The notes beneath the pieces are model-generated. The model was not told the origin of the DNA. It saw nothing but the letters and a program-made list of their open reading frames with translations, and ran no database searches. A program made the position numbers and the translations under genes. Shown piece after piece: positions 1 through 10,685 of a DNA stretch of 64,000 nucleotides. This DNA is from a virus: positions 38,628 to 102,627 of IMG/VR virus record IMGVR_UViG_3300032304_002264; one strand, 5' to 3'. Each line of letters begins with the position of its first letter. Positions within the stretch are counted from its first letter, which is position 1.

Positions 1-1
1 A

Positions 2-313
2 GAATATGTTTTATCATCCAATGAAACCCATTCTATCAGAGAATTCGTTGAACTGGCATTTAAAGCGGCTGGAATCCAAGGCTATTGGGTGGGGTCGGGA
101 TTAAATGAAATGTTCTTGCAAAAAGAAACGGAAAGAGTATTGATGACGATCAATGAAAAATTTTATAGATTAGCCGAGGTTGAATTACTTCTTGGAGATT
201 CTTCTAAAGCTAGAGCTGATTTAAACTGGCAACCGCAGACATCTTTTAAAGAACTTGTTCAAAAAATGACAATTTACGATATTAATCTTCTCGATTCGCC
301 AAAAAATGTGTAA
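2..313 (+). CDS. gmd: GDP-mannose 4,6-dehydratase, C-terminal part (5' truncated by the window)
   Basis: Frame from nt 2 reads EYVLSSNETHSIREFVELAF...FYRLAEVELLLGDSSKARADLNWQP, the typical Gmd C-terminus. Confidence 0.85.
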   Translation, partial: EYVLSSNETHSIREFVELAFKAAGIQGYWVGSGLNEMFLQKETERVLMTINEKFYRLAEVELLLGDSSKARADLNWQPQTSFKELVQKMTIYDINLLDSPKNV

Positions 314-321
314 ATATCTAC

Positions 322-1179
322 ATGGTCGGTAGATTTGCAATCAATAATAAGTTTGGTACTAAATACGCTATAGATGAATTATCTTTCGCGGAAATCAAAG
401 ACGAAGCTTCTGCTTATTTTTTAGGTTTTCTTTATGCAGATGGAAGTATCGGGCATTATAATGGCGATTATTCAATACGTATAGAACTCCAAGATCAAGA
501 TCGAAAAATCTTAGAAGATTTTAGAGATTTTGTAAAATCTAATCGCCCCATATCAGACTCCTACAAGAAAGGAAAGAAATATTGCGCAATGCGCATTAGT
601 AATAAAACGATTTATACCCACTTAACTAATAAGGGTATAATGCCCAGAAAAACTTTTACAATATCTTTCCCATCAGAAGATATTGTCCCCAAGCATCTGT
701 TGTCTCATTTTATTAGAGGATATTTTGATGGAGATGGTTGTATTACATGTTCAAAAAACAAGCAGAGTTCAATCTCTTTTACAATAACATCTAATTTGCA
801 TTTTTTAGAAGGTTTACAGGAATTTTTAATAAATGAATTAGGTTTTTCAAAAACAAAAATCACAGCAACTAAATCTATAGGTATTGGAACTCTCGTTTAT
901 AGTGGTAGTCTTAATGCAAAAAAGTTTTATAACTTCATTTACCAAGACGCAAAATTTTATTTGACAAGAAAATTTGAAAAATTTTCATCAGTTCTTAAAA
1001 ATATACAAAAATTAAAACAAAAATCCTATAGTCTTATATCTCCAACTGGTCAAGTGTTTGGTGTTTTCAATTTAAGAGAATTTTCATCTCAACACAAAAT
1101 TAGCAAAAAAAGTATTTATGCCTTGGCAAAAGGAGAGAAAGATAGCGTCAAGGGTTGGAAACTTCTTTTCAAAATTTAG
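322..1179 (+). CDS. LAGLIDADG homing endonuclease (two motifs)
   Basis: YFLGFLYADGSI and FIRGYFDGDGCI motifs; preceded by GTGTAA motif. Confidence 0.9.
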   Translation: MVGRFAINNKFGTKYAIDELSFAEIKDEASAYFLGFLYADGSIGHYNGDYSIRIELQDQDRKILEDFRDFVKSNRPISDSYKKGKKYCAMRISNKTIYTHLTNKGIMPRKTFTISFPSEDIVPKHLLSHFIRGYFDGDGCITCSKNKQSSISFTITSNLHFLEGLQEFLINELGFSKTKITATKSIGIGTLVYSGSLNAKKFYNFIYQDAKFYLTRKFEKFSSVLKNIQKLKQKSYSLISPTGQVFGVFNLREFSSQHKISKKSIYALAKGEKDSVKGWKLLFKI

Positions 1180-1215
1180 TTGACAAAATGGTTTCTGCGG
1201 ACATACTATCTCTCG

Positions 1216-1566
1216 ATGGCGAAGAGTAAGATCAGCAAAAAGCAAATACTCGCACGACTCACGCTTGTCCCCGCAAAGGATAAGCGTTTGTTTTACATGC
1301 GAGAAATGAAGTTCTTGAACGACTTGTGCGAACGATACTCGCTTGAGTTCATGAACATTGTTTCTTTTGACAAGAAGTTCGATTCGCTAGCCTATATAGT
1401 CTGCGACAAGCTAGAAGAAACGATGGATAAAAAGTTTCGCGCATTCAATTTTAAGGTTGACTTATCCAAGTATAGCGATTACGATATAGGAGAAAAGGTG
1501 GGTGAAGACTCCACGGTGGAGAAGAAAATTAAATCATTAAAGGACTTTTTAGATGGCGAAAATTAA
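1216..1566 (+). CDS. hypothetical protein
   Basis: ORF; ATG follows a TTGACA-N16-CATACT promoter; overlaps the recA start. Confidence 0.7.
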   Translation: MAKSKISKKQILARLTLVPAKDKRLFYMREMKFLNDLCERYSLEFMNIVSFDKKFDSLAYIVCDKLEETMDKKFRAFNFKVDLSKYSDYDIGEKVGEDSTVEKKIKSLKDFLDGEN

Positions 1567-2695
1567 ACAAGAAAAAAATAAAGAAGTATTGAATTCCAGC
1601 TCCGTTCTAGGCTCGTTCCTAAAACAAAACTCTGAAGATCACTACAACTTTGAGGAAGAGATCGACTATAAAGTTTCCAGCGGTTCTCTGCAATTAGATT
1701 TGCGGCTGGGCGGAGGGCTATGCCCAGGTTTACACAGATTTTGCGGAATGAATGAGGGGGGTAAGACGAGCGCAGCGCTGTCATTCATGAAAAACTTTTT
1801 GACCTCAGTTCCAAATTCGAAAGGCTTTTACATTAAAGCGGAAGGTCGTCTCGGCAAAGAGATGAGAGAAAGATCTGGCATTAATTTTGTTTTTAATGCC
1901 GAAGATTGGCAAGTCGGAACTTGTTTTGTATTTGAAAGCAACATCTATGAAACTGTTGTCGCCGCAATGCGCGAGCTGGTTACTAAAAACGAAGAAGATT
2001 GCCGCTATTATTTCCTGCTTGATTCTGTCGATGGTCTAATCACTAAGGGGGATCTTGACAAGGGTTTTGAGGACTCTAACAAGGTGGCTGGCGGAGCGGT
2101 TATTGCAGCCAATTTCATGAAGCGCCTTTCGATTGCTCTCGCCAAGAGAGGACACATGGCGGTATTTATCAGTCAAGTTCGCGCAGATATTAAGCTTGAT
2201 CCTTACTCAAAAGCTCCAGTGAGACAAACAACCGCTACGGGCGGAAACGCTCTGCTGCATTTTGCAAATTTCATTCTTGAATTTGAACCTAGATACAAGG
2301 GGGACTTAATTCTCAAAAACCCTTCGGACAAAACCATTGACGCTGTAAATAACCCTATCATTGGGCATTTTGCTAAGGTGACTGTCAAAAAATCACCAAA
2401 CGAAAAAACAAACCTAACCATATCCTATCCAATTAAATACGGTCGGACTAATGGCAATTCAGTTTGGATTGAGAAGGAAATTGTTGATTTGCTGCTTCTG
2501 TGGGAATTTCTTGTCAAGGGAGGTTCGTGGTATACTGCCACCGAAGAATTTGAAGAGCTTCTCGCCGAAAACTCTCTTCTTCCTATGGGGAAGGTGCAAG
2601 GACTAGATTCCGTGTTTAGTAAAATCGAACAAGACCAAGCCTTGAGTCAGTTTTTAATAAGCTACTTCAAGAAAGCGATTTGCGATGAAGTTTAA
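1553..2695 (+). CDS. recA: RecA/UvsX-like recombinase
   Basis: SGSLQLDLRLGGG, Walker A GMNEGGKTS, LLDSV, FISQVR, TGGNALLHFA. Confidence 0.9.
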   Translation: MAKIKQEKNKEVLNSSSVLGSFLKQNSEDHYNFEEEIDYKVSSGSLQLDLRLGGGLCPGLHRFCGMNEGGKTSAALSFMKNFLTSVPNSKGFYIKAEGRLGKEMRERSGINFVFNAEDWQVGTCFVFESNIYETVVAAMRELVTKNEEDCRYYFLLDSVDGLITKGDLDKGFEDSNKVAGGAVIAANFMKRLSIALAKRGHMAVFISQVRADIKLDPYSKAPVRQTTATGGNALLHFANFILEFEPRYKGDLILKNPSDKTIDAVNNPIIGHFAKVTVKKSPNEKTNLTISYPIKYGRTNGNSVWIEKEIVDLLLLWEFLVKGGSWYTATEEFEELLAENSLLPMGKVQGLDSVFSKIEQDQALSQFLISYFKKAICDEV

Positions 2696-3092
2696 AACCA
2701 TTAATGGTTCTACTGCGGAACTTAAAAACGCCAAAAGATACTTAATCAAGTGGAGAGGCAAGAGTCGCAGCAAATTTCAACTATCAGTAAAGCGGTTTCT
2801 TTTTCCATATTGGAAAAACGATATTGTTTTTGAGGAATTTAAGCTGGTGGGAACTCGCCTATCTTTTGATTTTTACAACGCAAATAAAAAAGTCGCCGTA
2901 GAAGTTCAGGGCGGACAGCACACCAAATATGTTGAATTTTTTCATGGCAACCGCTTCCAATATCTCCAACAATTAAAAAGAGATGAAAAGAAATTAAAAT
3001 TCTGTGAGGCGAACGAAATCATCCTTGTGGAAATTTATCCCAAGGACGAAATCAACGAAGAGCTTTTTTTATCGTTCGGAACGATTTTGTGA
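2685..3092 (+). CDS. Vsr/DUF559-like PD-(D/E)XK endonuclease
   Basis: FDFY...VAVEVQGGQH...RDEKKLKFC pattern. Confidence 0.7.
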   Translation: MKFKTINGSTAELKNAKRYLIKWRGKSRSKFQLSVKRFLFPYWKNDIVFEEFKLVGTRLSFDFYNANKKVAVEVQGGQHTKYVEFFHGNRFQYLQQLKRDEKKLKFCEANEIILVEIYPKDEINEELFLSFGTIL

Positions 3093-3129
3093 TTGACAGC
3101 TTCGCAAAAAAGCTTATCCTAAGCTAAGT

Positions 3130-4638
3130 ATGATCTATAACTTAGAATTGGAAAAACAACTTTTGGCGGCGCTCATTAAAGAGCCCGAAAGCTACTGTGA
3201 GATTTCGAACTTTATTAGCCATAAGGATTTCTATAGCGAAGACTCTGATCTTCATGGTTCTATTTTCACGGTGATCAAGCAAGCGATTGATACTGGAGAC
3301 CAAATTGATGAGATCATTGTCGCGCAAAGAGTGTCTTCGCTTGGATTGTCTTTTGAGGACAGATTGAATCCTGCTGATTATATCCGTTCGCTTGCCATGC
3401 GCAAAGTTCCGAATGGCAATTTAATCAAGACAGCCAAAGAACTGAAGAAGTTCACCATTCGCAGAGAGCTATATGAATCCGCTCAAGATATTGCGCGGAA
3501 AATGAAGTCTATTGCTCCAGAGTCGAGCTATACTCAGATCATTGGAGCGGCAGACGATTCGTATAATTCGCGCATCAATCTTTATGAGATTGGAAACGAT
3601 ACCCCTGAAAACATCTATGATGAGATGGAGGCATTGATTGAGGAGCGCGGCAACAATCCCATTACCGAATTCGGCATGATGGGTCCTCATGAAAAGATCA
3701 ATGAGATATACGGCTCTCTGCTTAGACCAGGAAATATTACAGTTATCGTAGCGAGGTCTGGTGTAGGTAAGACTCAATGGTGCATGGATTATAGCACCAA
3801 AGTCTCTATGAAATACGGAGTTCCTGTGTTGCATTTTGATAATGGCGAAATGAGCAAAGAAGAGCTTATTATGCGTCAATGCGCGGCAATCTCAGGAGTT
3901 CCCATGCATCTGCTTGAAACTGGCAACTGGAGAAAAGCTGGCGCTGATGTGGTCGCTAAGGTGCGTTCCACTTGGGCGAAGGTTAAAGACCTCAAATTCT
4001 ACTACTACAACGTTGGTGGTATGGATGTTGACGCAATGATTAAAGTCCTCAAGCGATTCTATTATGCAAAAGTTGGTCGCGGCAATCAAATGATTTTCTC
4101 ATTCGACTATATCAAGACGACCTCCGAAGCTAGCGGCGGCAAGAATGAGTGGCAAGTAGTCGGTGAAATGGTGGACAAGTTCAAGAAGTGCATTCAAAAA
4201 GAAATTCTTCACGAAGGCGATCCAATTATCCCGATGATCACCTCTGTGCAATCTAACAGAAGCGGTATTACCAATAACCGCCAATCACAAAACATTGTTG
4301 ACGATGAAAGCATTGTGTCGCTATCCGACCGAATCACACAATTCTGCTCTCACATGTTTATTCTTCGTAATAAAACTGCCGATGAAATTGAAACAGAGGG
4401 TCGCAATTTCGGCACTCATAAAATCATCAATGTAAAAGCCCGACATCTTGGTAAGGATATCGCTGGAGCCGTTGAGCCTGTGCGTATTGGAGACTCTCTG
4501 CGTAAGAACTTTATCAATCTTGAGTTTCATAATTTCTGCATTACTGAAAAGGGAGACCTGCGAGATATTGCTCGTATCGCGGAAGGGGGAATGGACTTAG
4601 AAAATGACGAATCAGACGACACACCGAACTTCAATTGA
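3130..4638 (+). CDS. dnaB: replicative DNA helicase
   Basis: DnaB N-terminal domain, ARSGVGKT Walker A, GEMS, FDYI, QSNR. Confidence 0.92.
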   Translation: MIYNLELEKQLLAALIKEPESYCEISNFISHKDFYSEDSDLHGSIFTVIKQAIDTGDQIDEIIVAQRVSSLGLSFEDRLNPADYIRSLAMRKVPNGNLIKTAKELKKFTIRRELYESAQDIARKMKSIAPESSYTQIIGAADDSYNSRINLYEIGNDTPENIYDEMEALIEERGNNPITEFGMMGPHEKINEIYGSLLRPGNITVIVARSGVGKTQWCMDYSTKVSMKYGVPVLHFDNGEMSKEELIMRQCAAISGVPMHLLETGNWRKAGADVVAKVRSTWAKVKDLKFYYYNVGGMDVDAMIKVLKRFYYAKVGRGNQMIFSFDYIKTTSEASGGKNEWQVVGEMVDKFKKCIQKEILHEGDPIIPMITSVQSNRSGITNNRQSQNIVDDESIVSLSDRITQFCSHMFILRNKTADEIETEGRNFGTHKIINVKARHLGKDIAGAVEPVRIGDSLRKNFINLEFHNFCITEKGDLRDIARIAEGGMDLENDESDDTPNFN

Positions 4639-5677
4639 TCCTGTTTCAATCAGACCGACTCTTGAAAAGATTGGTTATCGCTTGATTGATTGCGGAAATC
4701 ATTGGCGCACAAAAGCTCTATATCGGGGCGGCGACAATGAAAGCGCCGTCTGCATCTATAAAAACACAGGAGTATGGAGCGATTACGCGCAAGGCAGTCA
4801 AAAATTTCCTTTTGAAAGGCTTATCAAACTAACCTGTGGATCAGATCCTCAAACAATTAAAAAAATTCTTTCTTCGATTAACAAGTCGGAAGAATATGTA
4901 TACGTCGAAAAACAAACAATCGAAATGGACGCAATCTATCCAGAATCAATACTAAACAATCTATTTCCAAATTTCTCTTTTTACAAAAAAAAGGGATTGT
5001 CGGAAGATACTTTAAATTTTTATAAAACTGGACTGGCTCAGTCTGGCAAGATGTATCGCCGAATGGTCTTTCCAATTTATAATGAATACAGTCAAATCGT
5101 TGGCTTTAGCGGTAGAAAGACTGACCTCGATAATGATAAAATCCCCAAATGGAAGCATATCGGTAAAAAAAGAAACTGGATTTACCCAGCGTTTATTCCA
5201 GCCGAAGAAACTGTCGATTCTATTATTCGCAAAACGGGAGAAGTTGTAATTGTCGAAAGCATTGGAGATAGCATGGCTCTTTTTGAATCTGGAGTTAAAA
5301 ACTCGCTAGTATCTTTTGGTTTAGGATGTCAGCCTGTCATGCTATCGTATCTAAGCTCTTTTTCAGTCAAGAGGATTGTCATAGCTGGCAATAACGATTC
5401 GGATGGAGAGAACCATGGTTACTTAGGTTGCGTTAAAACGCTATTGAATCTTTTGCCGTATTTTGATTTTAATTGTATTGAGATTAATCTTCCGCCAGAA
5501 AATCATAACGATTTCTCAGATGCATTTACTTCTGGATTAGATCTTAAAAAATGGTATCATACGCCAGTAGACCGATCTCAATTTATCAAACAGTTAGTGA
5601 CTTTCGTTGCTGCTAATAAGCAGAAATTTAAAGAAAAAGAGCTTTCTACATTACGAAAGGTCTTAAAATCCTCATGA
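4604..5677 (+). CDS. dnaG: DNA primase (Toprim)
   Basis: RRMVFPIYN..IVGFSGR, IVESIGD, GNNDSDG, NDFSD; follows helicase. Confidence 0.85.
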   Translation: MTNQTTHRTSIDPVSIRPTLEKIGYRLIDCGNHWRTKALYRGGDNESAVCIYKNTGVWSDYAQGSQKFPFERLIKLTCGSDPQTIKKILSSINKSEEYVYVEKQTIEMDAIYPESILNNLFPNFSFYKKKGLSEDTLNFYKTGLAQSGKMYRRMVFPIYNEYSQIVGFSGRKTDLDNDKIPKWKHIGKKRNWIYPAFIPAEETVDSIIRKTGEVVIVESIGDSMALFESGVKNSLVSFGLGCQPVMLSYLSSFSVKRIVIAGNNDSDGENHGYLGCVKTLLNLLPYFDFNCIEINLPPENHNDFSDAFTSGLDLKKWYHTPVDRSQFIKQLVTFVAANKQKFKEKELSTLRKVLKSS

Positions 5678-6690
5678 GTGAGCCGAAAAATTCATTATCC
5701 GCAAGCAGAATTAAAACACTACAGTCTTGTAGCTGGATGTATTATGCGAAGTATGTTCTGGGCGTTCCAGATAAATCAAATGACGGCGCTAGTCGAGGCA
5801 CAGTCTGCCACCTAGTATTCGAAGTTCTTGGTGATCGTCGTAGAAAAAAAACCTACGATAAAATCATTAAAAAACAAGACCCTTTCGCGGTCAAGTCAAT
5901 TGAAAAACTAATCATTAAACATGCGAAGCGTCTATCTGTAGATGATGATGACAATATTGAGTTGATTAAAAAAATGATACTCAATGGACTCATGTATGAC
6001 TTCTTCGGTCTGACCGCTGGCAAACCATCGCTAGCCGTATCAGAACAAGACTTTGATATTGTCGTCAATGACGGCAAATTTAAATACAAAATCAAAGGAT
6101 TCATCGACAAACTTTTCCTTTACAAGAATAAAAAATTCGCATTAATTCGCGACTTTAAAACCAGCCGCGAAACATTTAAGGGGAAAGAGGTCAAAGACAA
6201 CTTGCAAGATTATATGTATAGCCTTGCCGTGAAACATTTATTCCCCGAATTCTCGAATAGAGCAAGCGAGTTTTTATTTTTAAAGTTTGATTTGGACGAC
6301 TCCAAAAATTCAGGAGTTGTTAAAATGGCTCCGATTACCGATGACGACCTAGAAGGTTTCGAGCATCAGCTTACAGCGATTCAAGAATATCTAGATAACT
6401 TTTCAGAAAAAGATGCTCGTTCTAATTTTGCCGCGAGACAGCCCTATCCAACAGACAAGACGTTCAGCGGGCCATTGTTGTGCGGATTTGCAAAATATCC
6501 AGATCAACTAAAGCTTGACGGAACGCCTATGTGGGCCTGTTCCTGCAAATGGCCTTTTGATTATTTCGTCGCCCTCGATGAGAATGGCAAGCAGTTAAAA
6601 TCATATTTTAATGAATCGGATGTTCCAGAGGGGCAGAAATACGAAAAACGACACTACCAAGGTTGCCCTAGCCATATAAAAAGAGCTTGA
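5674..6690 (+). CDS. RecB/AddB-like PD-(D/E)XK exonuclease
   Basis: LSASRI..C, RGTVCHLVFE, GFIDKL, DFKT, C-terminal cysteines. Confidence 0.8.
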   Translation: MSEPKNSLSASRIKTLQSCSWMYYAKYVLGVPDKSNDGASRGTVCHLVFEVLGDRRRKKTYDKIIKKQDPFAVKSIEKLIIKHAKRLSVDDDDNIELIKKMILNGLMYDFFGLTAGKPSLAVSEQDFDIVVNDGKFKYKIKGFIDKLFLYKNKKFALIRDFKTSRETFKGKEVKDNLQDYMYSLAVKHLFPEFSNRASEFLFLKFDLDDSKNSGVVKMAPITDDDLEGFEHQLTAIQEYLDNFSEKDARSNFAARQPYPTDKTFSGPLLCGFAKYPDQLKLDGTPMWACSCKWPFDYFVALDENGKQLKSYFNESDVPEGQKYEKRHYQGCPSHIKRA

Positions 6691-6722
6691 CAACCGAAAG
6701 AAATCCTGTCATCATTTGTTCG

Positions 6723-7490
6723 ATGACACCAGTTTTCACAAGCCACTTTTCCATAGGCAAGTCAATTCTTACGCTGGAGCATCCAGATAAAGAAACATCG
6801 GATGGCCCCGACAGCATCTTTTCAATTGCGAAAGAAGGCGGACTCCAGCATTTGTTCCTAGTGGAAGAGTCAATGATAGGCTTCTTTGGAGCTTTTAAAA
6901 CTGCAAAAGAGCTTGGTATTAATTTGCATTTTGGATATAAATTCATATGCTGCAATTCCGACGCTAATAACAAATCCAATCACAAACTCATAGCGTTTGC
7001 TAAAAACGATGATGGTTGCAGAGCTTTAAATAAATTGTATTCGTTTATCAACACTGGGCAAAATGGAGCGATTTCGAATGATGACCTCATCGCTCATTGG
7101 AGCGACGATTTAATGTTGGCTGTGCCGTTTTATGATTCGTTCATATTTAATAATCAAATGATTATGGGTAATTGCATTCCGAATATCGCACCGCTTAATC
7201 CTGTGTTTTTTGTTGAAGACAACGGATTGCCATTCGACGATCTTGTTAAAAGAGCTGTGCATCGGTATGTCACCGAGAGAATTCCAACCGCTTCCATCGA
7301 ATCGGTAAATTCTATTTTTTACAAATCTAAACACGATTGCGATGCATTTCAAACTTATAAAATTCTCAGCAATCGTAAGTTCGGACGACAAGCTTCTCTT
7401 TCTTGCCCTAATTTAGATCACTTTGGCAGTGATGAATTTTGCTGGGAATCCTACTGCGAAAAACGTGACGCGATGCTTAATAAACCATGA
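6723..7490 (+). CDS. stand-alone PHP domain of DNA polymerase III alpha
   Basis: SHFSIGKSI and HKLIAFAKNDDG resemble the DnaE N-terminus; ATGA overlap with next gene. Confidence 0.75.
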   Translation: MTPVFTSHFSIGKSILTLEHPDKETSDGPDSIFSIAKEGGLQHLFLVEESMIGFFGAFKTAKELGINLHFGYKFICCNSDANNKSNHKLIAFAKNDDGCRALNKLYSFINTGQNGAISNDDLIAHWSDDLMLAVPFYDSFIFNNQMIMGNCIPNIAPLNPVFFVEDNGLPFDDLVKRAVHRYVTERIPTASIESVNSIFYKSKHDCDAFQTYKILSNRKFGRQASLSCPNLDHFGSDEFCWESYCEKRDAMLNKP

Positions 7491-8116
7491 ACGACTTACT
7501 AAGATTCAAAAAACAACAGAACTACATCACCATTGATGTAGAGACCGAAGGCTTAAACCTTATATCATCTAAACCTTGGCAAGTATCATGGATTATTTGT
7601 CGCGGCGATAAGATGATATCCAAACACGATCATTTCATTCGCTGGGACAACATCAATGTCTCTGCTGACGCTGCGCGAATTACGGGTTTTAATAAAAACC
7701 ACTATTATGAAAAAGCGGAATCTCCCATCGAAGTTTTTAAACAGCTATCAAAGTATCTTTACGATCCATCGTTTTTAGTGATCGGGCAAAATCTTCTTGG
7801 GTTTGATGTTTATATGATCAATGTTTGGCGCAAGCTAATGGGGATGAAAAGCGATAATTCTTATGTCAATAGAGTAATTGATACCAAGTCTATCTCGACA
7901 GCCATCTTCAAGAACATTCTGCCCGACAAAGAAAACTTTTTATCATGGCAATATAAGATGTTGCATATTCGCGAAAAAGGTCTAAAAACCAATCAAGCTT
8001 TCATGCTTAAATATTACGATATTCCCCATGACCCCAAAAGACTACATGACAGTCTTTATGATGTCGAAATGACTTTTGAGATTTTCAAAAAACAAATTTT
8101 TAACATTGATTTATGA
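7487..8116 (+). CDS. DnaQ-like DEDDh 3'-5' exonuclease
   Basis: DVETEG, GQNLLGFD, IDT, HDSLYD motifs. Confidence 0.88.
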   Translation: MNDLLRFKKQQNYITIDVETEGLNLISSKPWQVSWIICRGDKMISKHDHFIRWDNINVSADAARITGFNKNHYYEKAESPIEVFKQLSKYLYDPSFLVIGQNLLGFDVYMINVWRKLMGMKSDNSYVNRVIDTKSISTAIFKNILPDKENFLSWQYKMLHIREKGLKTNQAFMLKYYDIPHDPKRLHDSLYDVEMTFEIFKKQIFNIDL

Positions 8117-10671
8117 TCCAACAATTTTCTAATTACGAATCTCCATTTCCAGCGGGGGTTAAGCTCCCTGAAATTAAAATTGAGCAGCGCCATTATCAAA
8201 GCTTGGGTATCGCCAACGATACTTCCAACTTTGAGTTTTTGCGCCGCCTCTGCTTTGAGGGCGTTAAGAAAAGAGGCATTCTAGATAAACCCAACAAAGA
8301 AAAATATTTCGAACGCTTAAAGATGGAGCTGTCGGTCTTTGAGGAGCTGGGATTCATTGACTATGTTTTGCTGAATTGGGATGTCATTAATTTCTGTCAT
8401 GAAACAGGCGTTCCTACAGGCGCGGGTCGCGGTTCAGCCCCTGGAAGTTTAGTGCTATATGCCATTGGCGTAACCAACATTGATCCAATTAAACACGATC
8501 TATTCTTCGAGAGGTTTGTCTCGAAAAGCCGTGCGCGAAAAATCGAACATAATGGAGAGATCTTTTTGGACGGCTCTCTTTTGTGCGATGTTGATAACGA
8601 TATTAGTTATGACAGACGACAAGAGGTGTTGGATTATATTAATAAAAAATATGCTGGCAGAACTTCTAAGATTCTCACGCTGAACACTCTCAGTAGCAAG
8701 CTATGTATTAAAGAGTGCGGCAAGATTGTCGGCGAAATGTCGGAATCGGACGTTAATATTATTAGTGATTCCATCTCCAAAAAGTTTGGCAAGGTCGCTA
8801 AGCTTGGAGCGGCATACGAAGATAGCGAAGTCTTCAAAGAATTCGCGGACAAAAATAAGAGAGTCTATCGCGTTGCTAAAAAAATCGAAGGACTCAACAA
8901 GAACGTGGGAGTTCATCCTTCTGGTATTGCTATCAGCTATTACTCGATCCAAGAAGTAATGCCCGTGCAAACCACTGGGGAAGAGGCTCTTGTTTCGGGG
9001 TATGACATGAACGACGTTGCCGAGTTGATGGTCAAGTTTGATATTCTTGGTCTGCGCACATTGTCGGTAGTTAATGATGTTTGCCAACAAATTGGTTTAA
9101 ACGCGCACGATATTGATGTAGAGCATCCATCTATTTACGCCGCTCTTCAAGTGCTGCAAGCTCCCATGGGACTTTTCCAGATCGAGGCGGACACAAACTT
9201 CAAGGTGGCTCAAAAAGTCGCGCCACGTAATCTAGAACAGCTTTCGGCGGTAGTGGCTATTGCAAGACCAGGAGCATTGGATTTCCTTGACAAATACGTG
9301 GAATACGCAAGAACAGGAGAGTCTCAGTCTATCCACCCTTTCTTCGATGATGTTCTCTCCTACACTGGCAACATTCCTCTGTTTCAAGAGCAGTTGATGA
9401 AGATGGCTGTAAAAGTCGGATTCAGTTTGGATGAATCAGAACAATTGCGTCGAATTGTCGGCAAGAAAAAAGTTGATAAAATGGCTGAGTGGAAAGATAA
9501 GATCGCTCAAAAAATCAAAGAAAATAATCTCGACCCGATCATTGGAGATGTTTTATGGAAGGTCGCCGAAGACTCTGCAAATTATTCGTTCAATAAATCG
9601 CACTCGATGGCTTATGCGTATCTTGCCGCTACGACGGTATATCTTAAATTCAACTATCCCCAGCAATTCTTTTTGAGTCTTTTGAAATTTGCTCAATTTG
9701 AGCCGAACCCCCACGAAGAAATCCTGAAAATTTCACAAGAGCTATCATCGTTTGGAATCAAACTGTTGCCCCCCAGTCTCACAAAGTCGCAAATTGATTT
9801 TTCTATCGAAGGCGAAGATATCCGTTATGGTCTTAATACGATCAAGGGCGTTTCTACGAAGTCTTTAGAGTCGTTGCTAGAGTTCCGCCAGAACGCATTT
9901 GAAAACAAGTATGAGGTGTTCTTGGCGGCAAAACAGGCGGGTGTCAATATTGGCCTGATGTCTGCATTGATTCAAGCAGGTTTGCTTGACCACTTTGTTG
10001 AAAAAGACCGATGCCGATTAGTTCTAGAAGCTCAAACATTTAATATTCTAACAGATCGAGAAAAAAGAAATTTAATCATCTTGGGAGAAAAATACAATTT
10101 CAATCTCTTGGATTGCATTAGCGATTGCGTTAAGACAAAATCTGTCGCAGACGACAATAAAGCCGTTTTTTCCGATAAGCGCTTTGAAACATTTAAAACT
10201 AAATATAAACCATATCGACAAATCTATGACCAAAACAAACAACATCTCAAATATGCTAATTGGTTTTTTGAGAGTAAATTATTGGGCTACAGTTATTCAC
10301 AAAACATCCGAGATGTTTTTAAGGAAGCTGGCAGGTCTCATTTTGTTTCTTCACAAGACTTACATTCAGTTGATAACAACACTTCCGTATGCTCTGTCGG
10401 GTTTGTAATAGACTCTATTTGCAGAACGAGCGCAAATGGCAACAAATACGCCCGTATTGATATCGCCGATGAATGTGGAAACATTTCAATGCTGCTTATG
10501 GATAATTCGCGAGAAGAAAAACTAACAAGCTTCCTTAATTCTGGTAAAAAAATTCCTAAAAAGGGGGCGGTGGTGATCGGTATCGGCAGAAAAAATAACG
10601 ACATCATTATGCTTGACAAGATGGTGCTTTTGGAAGATAAAATATATATGAAGCTCTCAGAGCTTAAATGA
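8113..10671 (+). CDS. dnaE: DNA polymerase III alpha core (lacks PHP N-terminus)
   Basis: GAGRGSAPGSLV, FERF, DVDND, HPSG, KFDILGL, YSFNKSH. Confidence 0.95.
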   Translation: MIQQFSNYESPFPAGVKLPEIKIEQRHYQSLGIANDTSNFEFLRRLCFEGVKKRGILDKPNKEKYFERLKMELSVFEELGFIDYVLLNWDVINFCHETGVPTGAGRGSAPGSLVLYAIGVTNIDPIKHDLFFERFVSKSRARKIEHNGEIFLDGSLLCDVDNDISYDRRQEVLDYINKKYAGRTSKILTLNTLSSKLCIKECGKIVGEMSESDVNIISDSISKKFGKVAKLGAAYEDSEVFKEFADKNKRVYRVAKKIEGLNKNVGVHPSGIAISYYSIQEVMPVQTTGEEALVSGYDMNDVAELMVKFDILGLRTLSVVNDVCQQIGLNAHDIDVEHPSIYAALQVLQAPMGLFQIEADTNFKVAQKVAPRNLEQLSAVVAIARPGALDFLDKYVEYARTGESQSIHPFFDDVLSYTGNIPLFQEQLMKMAVKVGFSLDESEQLRRIVGKKKVDKMAEWKDKIAQKIKENNLDPIIGDVLWKVAEDSANYSFNKSHSMAYAYLAATTVYLKFNYPQQFFLSLLKFAQFEPNPHEEILKISQELSSFGIKLLPPSLTKSQIDFSIEGEDIRYGLNTIKGVSTKSLESLLEFRQNAFENKYEVFLAAKQAGVNIGLMSALIQAGLLDHFVEKDRCRLVLEAQTFNILTDREKRNLIILGEKYNFNLLDCISDCVKTKSVADDNKAVFSDKRFETFKTKYKPYRQIYDQNKQHLKYANWFFESKLLGYSYSQNIRDVFKEAGRSHFVSSQDLHSVDNNTSVCSVGFVIDSICRTSANGNKYARIDIADECGNISMLLMDNSREEKLTSFLNSGKKIPKKGAVVIGIGRKNNDIIMLDKMVLLEDKIYMKLSELK

Positions 10672-10685
10672 CAGTGTAACTACAT

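Noticed and set aside
322-1179. Group I intron or intein host for the LAGLIDADG genes (also 34347-35015)
   Set aside because: Flanking genes are complete and each endonuclease has its own start and promoter motif, so they are free-standing.
5674-6690. Cas4 as part of a CRISPR system
   Set aside because: No other cas genes or array. The replication-operon context fits a RecB-like exonuclease.
6687-6722. TTG-initiated N-terminal extensions in the ORF track (also 1180, 33304)
   Set aside because: The TTG is the -35 box of TTGACA promoters; the downstream ATGs are more plausible starts.
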